Assembly (NCBI RefSeq): GCF_902713615.1
Contig: NC_052168.1
Coordinates: forward strand, 11,470,001 to 11,534,000
DNA length: 64,000 nucleotides
Direction: 5' to 3'
Source: Scyliorhinus canicula
Lineage: Eukaryota
Notes under the pieces: generated by a model
What the model saw: the letters and a program-made list of their open reading frames with translations, nothing else
Databases searched by the model: none
Told to the model about the DNA's origin: nothing
Program-made: the position numbers and the translations under genes
Shown: positions 57,871-64,000 of the stretch, in pieces
How the letters are laid out: the number at the start of each line of letters is the position of its first letter
Position numbering within the stretch: position 1 is the first letter of the stretch

Positions 57871-57879
57871 CGGCAATTG

Positions 57880-60800
57880 CAAGGAGAATAATTAAAGCCC
57901 AACAGCATGTTTCTGACCCAGGACTAATGGACAATTTGTAATATGGCCGATTGAGGATGGATGTGACATGCAGAGGTCACTGGTGTGACCTGGCTGACAT
58001 GGTATCACATTTTGGCTCCTGTGGTACTGTAGCCGAACAACCCGAATTCAGGTCTGCTCTCAATGACATGTTGAGAGACAGGCTGGTCTGTGGTGTTAAC
58101 GACACGACCATACAAAATAAATTGCTAGCCAAGGCAGAAATGACCTTAAAGATGGCATCAAAGGTATCCCAAGCTATGGAAAACACCAAATAAGGAGCAG
58201 GGAGGCGATGGAGTTTCAGAGCATCCAAGCAGGCAAGGTCCACCAGGTTTGGCGGGAAGCCGCCGGCAGTCGTGATACCAGAGGTGATGGTACAGAAACC
58301 GTGGAGAAACCGTGGAGAAAAGTGGCTCAGACCATAAGAGAGTGTAGAGATATGGGGAATTTGGTCTGCAGACCAGGAATTTTCAAGAATGCATCTAGTG
58401 TGGGAGAGATCACCCCTGGGGAAAAGGTAAATTCAGGGAAATACCTGTTATGCCTGCAACAGAAGGGGGCACATTAGGAGGAAACGGAAGACTCAGTAAA
58501 GCCCACAGGGGCGAATTTTTAAAAAATGTTCCATCTTCAGTACACAGTATTAAGAATAACCCTGCAGGGTAGCATGGTGGTTAGCATAAATGCTTCACAG
58601 CTCCAGGGTCCCAGGTTCGATTCCCGGCTGGGTCACTGTCTGTGTGGAGTCTGCACGTCCTCCCCCTGTGTGCGTGGGTTTCCTCCGGGTGCTCCGGTTT
58701 CCTCCCACAGTCCAAAGATGTGCGGGTTAGGTGGATTGGCCATGCTAAATTGCCCGTAGTGTCCTAATAAAAGTAAGGTTAAGGGGGGGTTGTTGGGTTA
58801 CGGGTTATAGGGTGGATACGTGGGTTTGAGTAGGGTGATCATGGGTCGGCACAACATTGAGGGCCGAAGGGCCTGTTCTGTGCTGTACTGTTCTATGTTC
58901 TATGAAGCTGAGGTACACAGTTGAAATATCAAAATGGGCAAGGCCACAATTATGATTCTAGTCAATGGCTGACCACTTAGAATGGAGGTGGACACAGGGG
59001 CCTCTGCTACAGTTGTAGATGAGCAAACATACAATTATGTGCAAGCCCCGAAAGTGTTAAGTACACGAAGGCCAGGCTAGCCATCTATGCTGGAGAATCT
59101 TTATGTATCCTAGGAATGACCAGAATGCCCGTCAGCTACCGGGACCGGCCAGCTCAACTCCCCCTAATAGTAGTGGAGGGAGGTAGGGGGCTGGGTGACG
59201 CGCTAAGGTCCAATCTGATGGGTCGTGATTGGCTCCACCAAGTCAAAATAAATTGGTTGGACATCTTTTTTAGCACAGGGCTAATCGCTGGCTTTGAAAG
59301 CAGACCAAGCAGGCCAACAGCACGGTTCGATTCCCGTAACAGCCTCCCCAAACAGGCGCCGGAATGTGGCGACTAGGGGCTTTTCACAGTAACTTCATTT
59401 GAAGCCTACTCGTGACAATAAGCGATTTTCATTTCATTTCATTTCATTTAAAGGAACCTGCATGATGTCTTAAAAAACGATCAGGATGTTTTCCAAGACA
59501 AGTTAGGCAAGACACAGGATTTATCCGGATCCCACGCCATGCCCAGGTTTTTCAGAGTTCGACCTGTCCCCTCCACCTTAAATGAAAAGGTTGAATCTGA
59601 ACTCAAGCGACTAGAAGAATTGGGGATCTTCAAAGCTGTACAGTCTTTGCAGTGGGCGGCTCCAATTGTGCCTGTATTGAAGCCAGATGGAACCATCAGA
59701 ATATGCGGGGACTACAAACTAGCTGTCAATCAGGCAGTCAAGGTGTACTGTACCACCTATCAAGAATTGATGATTAATATGCCAAATTAGCAAGAGGTTT
59801 AACTTAAGCCAAACTTGATATGAGTCATGTGCACCAACAATTAGAGTTAGACAAATCTTCCGGGGAATTTGTTACCATAAACACCAACAAAGGCCAGTAT
59901 ACCTGGCCACTCTTCGGAGTCTCATCTGCCACTGAAATTCCAGCGCCCAAAGGAAGGTTTACCTCAGGACCTATCAAAGGTGGTTTTCTCCATCGATGAT
60001 GTACTAATCACAGGAGAGTCTGAAGCGGAGCACCTAGCAGATCTCAAAGACGTCTTAAAGAGCATTTGAGAAGGCCAGAGTGAGGCTGAAACGGGAAAAG
60101 TGTACGTTCCAAACTCAGGCAGTGACATACTTGGGAGACAGGGTAAACGCCAAGTTAAACGTCCTATTGAGGAGATCAGAGTGATGAAAGTAGCACCAGT
60201 CCCCAAAAAATACGTCGGGATTGAAATCTGTTTTAGGAATGGTAAACTACTATGATAGCTTCATTCCCGAATTTCCCTATTGATGGCACCCTCCTCAAAA
60301 AACACCAGGGGTGGTATTGGAAAGAGCCTCGGAAAGAAGCTTTTGAACAAGTTAAATTAGGTTTACAGTCATCCAGTCTTGTGACCCATCGAAAAAGATA
60401 ATCCTTACCTGTGACTTAGAGAATAGGGCAGGTTTTGGCCCATAAGGTGGTGCCGAGAGGCCGATCACTTACAGCTTGGGGACTTTTGACCAGTGCTGAA
60501 TAAGCTTACTCCCAAATTGAAAAGGAGGAACTGGCCGTAATATTCGGAGTCAAGAAGTTCCACCAATACACCTATGGGAGCCATTTCATGGTTGTCACCG
60601 ACTACAATCCCCCCGTTGGGGTTATTGAGGGAGGATAGGGCCATTCCCACCAGAACTTCAGCTAGGGTCAGCACTGGGCTCTATGGTTAGCAACGCATGT
60701 GTGCGCGTTTCAACATAGCATTCATATTTGGTTGCCCGGCCTATGTGCCGTCACCTCCTACCTCGGAGTGTACCACCTCCACCAGTAGTGCTAGTGAGGC

Positions 60801-63363
60801 AGGTCAAGGTTTGAATCAAAAAGGACCCCTTATTAACTCAAGTCTTAGGGGGCAGCACGGTAGCATGGTGGTTAGCATAAATGCTTCACAGCTCCAGGGT
60901 CCCAGGTTCGGTTCCCGGCTTGGGTCACTGTCTGTGCGGAGTCTGCACATCCTTCCCGTGCGTGCGTGGGTTTCCTCCGGGTGCTCCGGTTTCCTCCCAC
61001 AGTCCAAAGATGTGCGGGTTAGGTGGATTGGCCATGCTAAATTGCCCGTAGTCTTCTAAAAAGTAAGGTTAAGGGGGGGGTTGTTGGGTTGCGGGTATAG
61101 GGTGGATACGTGGGTTTGAGTAGGGTGATCATTGCTCGGCACAACATGGAGGGCCGAAGGGCCTGTTCTGTGCTGTACTGTTCTATGTTCTATGTTCAAG
61201 TCAACCAAATGGTCCTTCACGGCTGGCATTATGACAACAGGTCTGAATAGCTGCAGCCCTTTCAGATAAGAAAGGTTGAGCTCAGTCGAAAGGTGGTGTA
61301 TTATTAATGGAGAGCTACGGTTGTCGTTCCCACCCCTGCGAGGAAGCTATCGTTACAGGAGCTACACTGCGCCCATCAGGGAATGACAGGAACAAAGGGG
61401 CTTGCACGCAGTTACATGTGGAGGTACGGAATGGACATCCAACGAGAGATAATCTGGCCAAACAATGTGACCAGTGGCACATGCAGCAACGCTTGCCACC
61501 TGCAACCCTCATGCAACAATAGAGAAAGTGCGACAGACATTCGCCAGGGTTGCCCAAGGTTCTGCTCTCAGGTAGTGGGACTGTTTTCACAAGTAAAGAA
61601 TTCCAACGTTTTACGAGGCGCAATGGCATCCAGCATATTGGGGCGGCACGGTAGCACAAGTGGATAGCACTGTGGCTTCGCAGCGCCAGGGTCCCAGGTT
61701 CGATTCCCCGCTGGGTCACTGTCTGTGTGGTGTCTGCAGGTTCTCCCCGTGTCTGCGTGGGTTGCCTCCGGGTGCTCCGGTTTCCTCCCACAGTCCAAAG
61801 ATGTGCAGGTTAGGTGGATTGGCCGTGCTAAATTGCCCTTAGTGTCCAAAAGAGTTAGGAGGGGTTATTGGGTTACGGGGATAGGGTGGTAGTGAGGGCT
61901 TAAGTGGGTCGGTGCAGACTCGATGGGCTGAATGGCCTTCTTCTGCACTGTATGTTCTATGTTCTATATTCAAATTGCTTCCAAAAACCCTGTGGTGTTC
62001 TTGATGTTGCTACATTCAGGATGGTTGGCGTAGTGTTCACAAAGGCCACAAAATAGCTTTAACTTGAACAAAGCTATAATTTAACACTACTAATTTGGAT
62101 TCAACACATACCCCTAAATAATATACAGTTGGCAATAAACATATAATCCGCACTCATCTACTACTAATCTCTACACTATAACATTAACTATGATCTGCTC
62201 TCACTCACACTATCTTTCTTTCATTCTGCTATCTCCTTCATTTCTCTCCCGTAGGGCTTAGCATTCTTTGCTTGTACATCTAACTCCCTCTAGTGGTTGA
62301 GTTATGCATTTCATTAATCCTTGCAGTTATAATACCACACACCCTGGTTCAAATGGACTGACTGCAAAAGCCATCCAAATATTCAAGGCCGCCATGAAAA
62401 AGTAGTCACGGGCCTCTTTGCAACTCAGACTGGTCCAGTTCCTACTCCCATATCGTGCTACCCCCTCACACCACCACAGGGCCTTCGCCCACCCAGCTGC
62501 TAGTGGGCAGACGCACTAGAACACAAATGGACCATACATTTCCAAATTTGGTGAGGAAGACGGAGGCTAAATAAGACGAGAAGAAAAGACACCACGATTC
62601 ACAAATAGTTGAAACAACTTTTGTCGTGGGTGATTTAGTTTACATCAAGAATTTTGGTGCTGGTCCAAATGGGGCTCCCGGGAAAGGTTGCGGCCAAAAC
62701 ATGTCCCGTGTCGGACAAGGTAGAGGTTCAAGGGAGGTGGTTTAAAAAAAACAAACATCTGAACCACTTGAGAGAAGCACACGCCAAACTATAGGGACAT
62801 CCTGGCCCTAGTAGACTTGTCAGCCAGATGGATATAAATGAAGGTAAAGCCACAGCAAGCTGCCCAAGAGAACAAACCCAGTATTGTTTTGGGGAGGGGG
62901 GGGGGGGGGGGTGTGGAAAACAGAGAAAACTACCTGTATGGAGTCATATTCACCTATTGAGTGTAAATCAAACTCTTGAGGACCAAACACCAGTCACTGC
63001 TGAAGCGCCCATTGTGGAGTTGCATCACTCTAAAGGACTAAGAAGTTTCCTTACAGACTGACACAAGAGACAGCTTGGAGAGCCGCTTCTACACAAATTC
63101 CTTTGTTATTAATGTTGGTTGGGGGGGGGGGGGGGGGAAGGAGAGAAAGAGGAGGGATGTAGCAGTTTTTTTTAAAGGGGGCAGGTCCCTGGAGGGTCAT
63201 GGGACACAATCAGCCAATGGGGCAGAGCATGTGAACCCTCGGGCAGAATACTGGTTGCCAGGTCATTGGGAGCTTAGAGTATTGGATCACATGCACTTTT
63301 ACCTTGCTCAGTGTATAGTTTCATTTGTTAATCCATCCAGTGGTTGCCTGTCAGGATGTTACA
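57880..63363 (+). mobile_element. Decayed Gypsy/Ty3 LTR retrotransposon (gag-PR-RT-RH-IN, PPT, 3' LTR 63158-63363) with nested SINEs and a solo LTR
   Basis: gag LNDMLRDRLVCGVND (near 58060), protease MEVDTGAS (58982), RT WAAPIVPVLKPDGTIRICGDYK (59650) and IDDVLITG, RNase H YSQIEKEELAVIFGVKKFHQY (60507), integrase ELHCAHQGMTGTKGLARSYMW (61360), purine tract followed by tgtagc...gttaca. Many stops and frameshifts. Nested SINEs at 58566-58903, 59268-59448, 60849-61196 and 61641-61967. Confidence 0.88.
61991..62339. mobile_element. Solo LTR nested in the Gypsy integrase region
   Basis: tgtggt...accaca inverted termini, flanks aaccc / caccc. Confidence 0.65.
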
Positions 63364-63874
63364 GTTAAACACTATTCACCCTCCGGCTCCCTGATCTGTA
63401 GATGCATATGGATTCCCAAGATCGTTTCCAGAACAAAACTAGATAGGTGTGCTTGTAACATGTTCTTACATAAACCTGATGAAACATCCTCACATCTGTG
63501 GCTAGGTAGGAAGACAGAGCTGCTACCAAGCATCAGCTACAGCCTGGAGGTATTTTTAGTTTGACTTCTGATAGACATCAGACCAATATCTCCACCAAAC
63601 CTTCACACCATCTCAACTGCAGTTACCTCCTCTCATACAGACTTGTTGTTGTGGAGGACTTGCTCCTGGGGGAATCACAGAGGATCAGGAGAAGTCAGCA
63701 GGCAAGTAAAAGCCTAGACATCAGTTCTCCACCCGTTCCTGATCTGAAAGAGTCCAGTGGAAGATGATCCACAGTCCACTAATGTAATTTGACAAGTCAG
63801 TAAATGTTCCTGATTAACTTTCAAACAACTGTTGAGTGCTTAAGGTGTCAAGTTAGAATTATTCTTAATGATTG

Positions 63875-64000
63875 ACAGCAGACAAGATCAGAGAAAGATT
63901 TTTTTACGATCCATATTACAATTCTTTGCTACAAGTTCTTTCTTCCTGGAGAAAGCCAAAATGGTCCAGGTGTAGTTGGAAATGCACATCACACAGTAGC
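63875..64000 (-). other. 3' UTR / 3' flank of a probable sixth ferritin copy continuing beyond the window
   Basis: gacaagatca...attctttgctacaag...ggtgtagttggaaatgcacatcacac aligns with sequence just downstream of the stop codons of copies 3-5 (e.g. 54156-54280, 41920-41975). Confidence 0.8.

Overview
Vertebrate genomic DNA, almost certainly an elasmobranch (shark), judged from dense HE1/V-SINEs and CR1 LINEs. The window begins in the last coding exon of a TMEM150B/DRAM-family gene (+ strand). It then holds a head-to-tail array of five intact four-exon ferritin genes on the minus strand (176 aa each, 8-13 kb apart), and the 3' UTR of a sixth copy starts at the right edge. Main result: all five subunits have Lys in place of the bridging ferroxidase ligand Glu62 (human H numbering), as in mammalian L-ferritin, and one also has His65Leu. 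They also lack the L/M-type nucleation acids at 57/60 and show no iron-responsive element between TATA box and ATG. They share a TATA + ETS/CRE-like + multi-CCAAT promoter. The copies are gene-conversion mosaics, and one intron carries a hairpin apparently made by template switching. The rest is layered transposon debris: SINEs with interchangeable tails, CR1/L2/L1/Tx1/Rex1/Penelope fragments, solo LTRs with 5-bp TSDs, a decayed Gypsy element, MITEs and an LTR-derived 39-bp minisatellite. All translations and alignments were done by eye; repeat boundaries are approximate.
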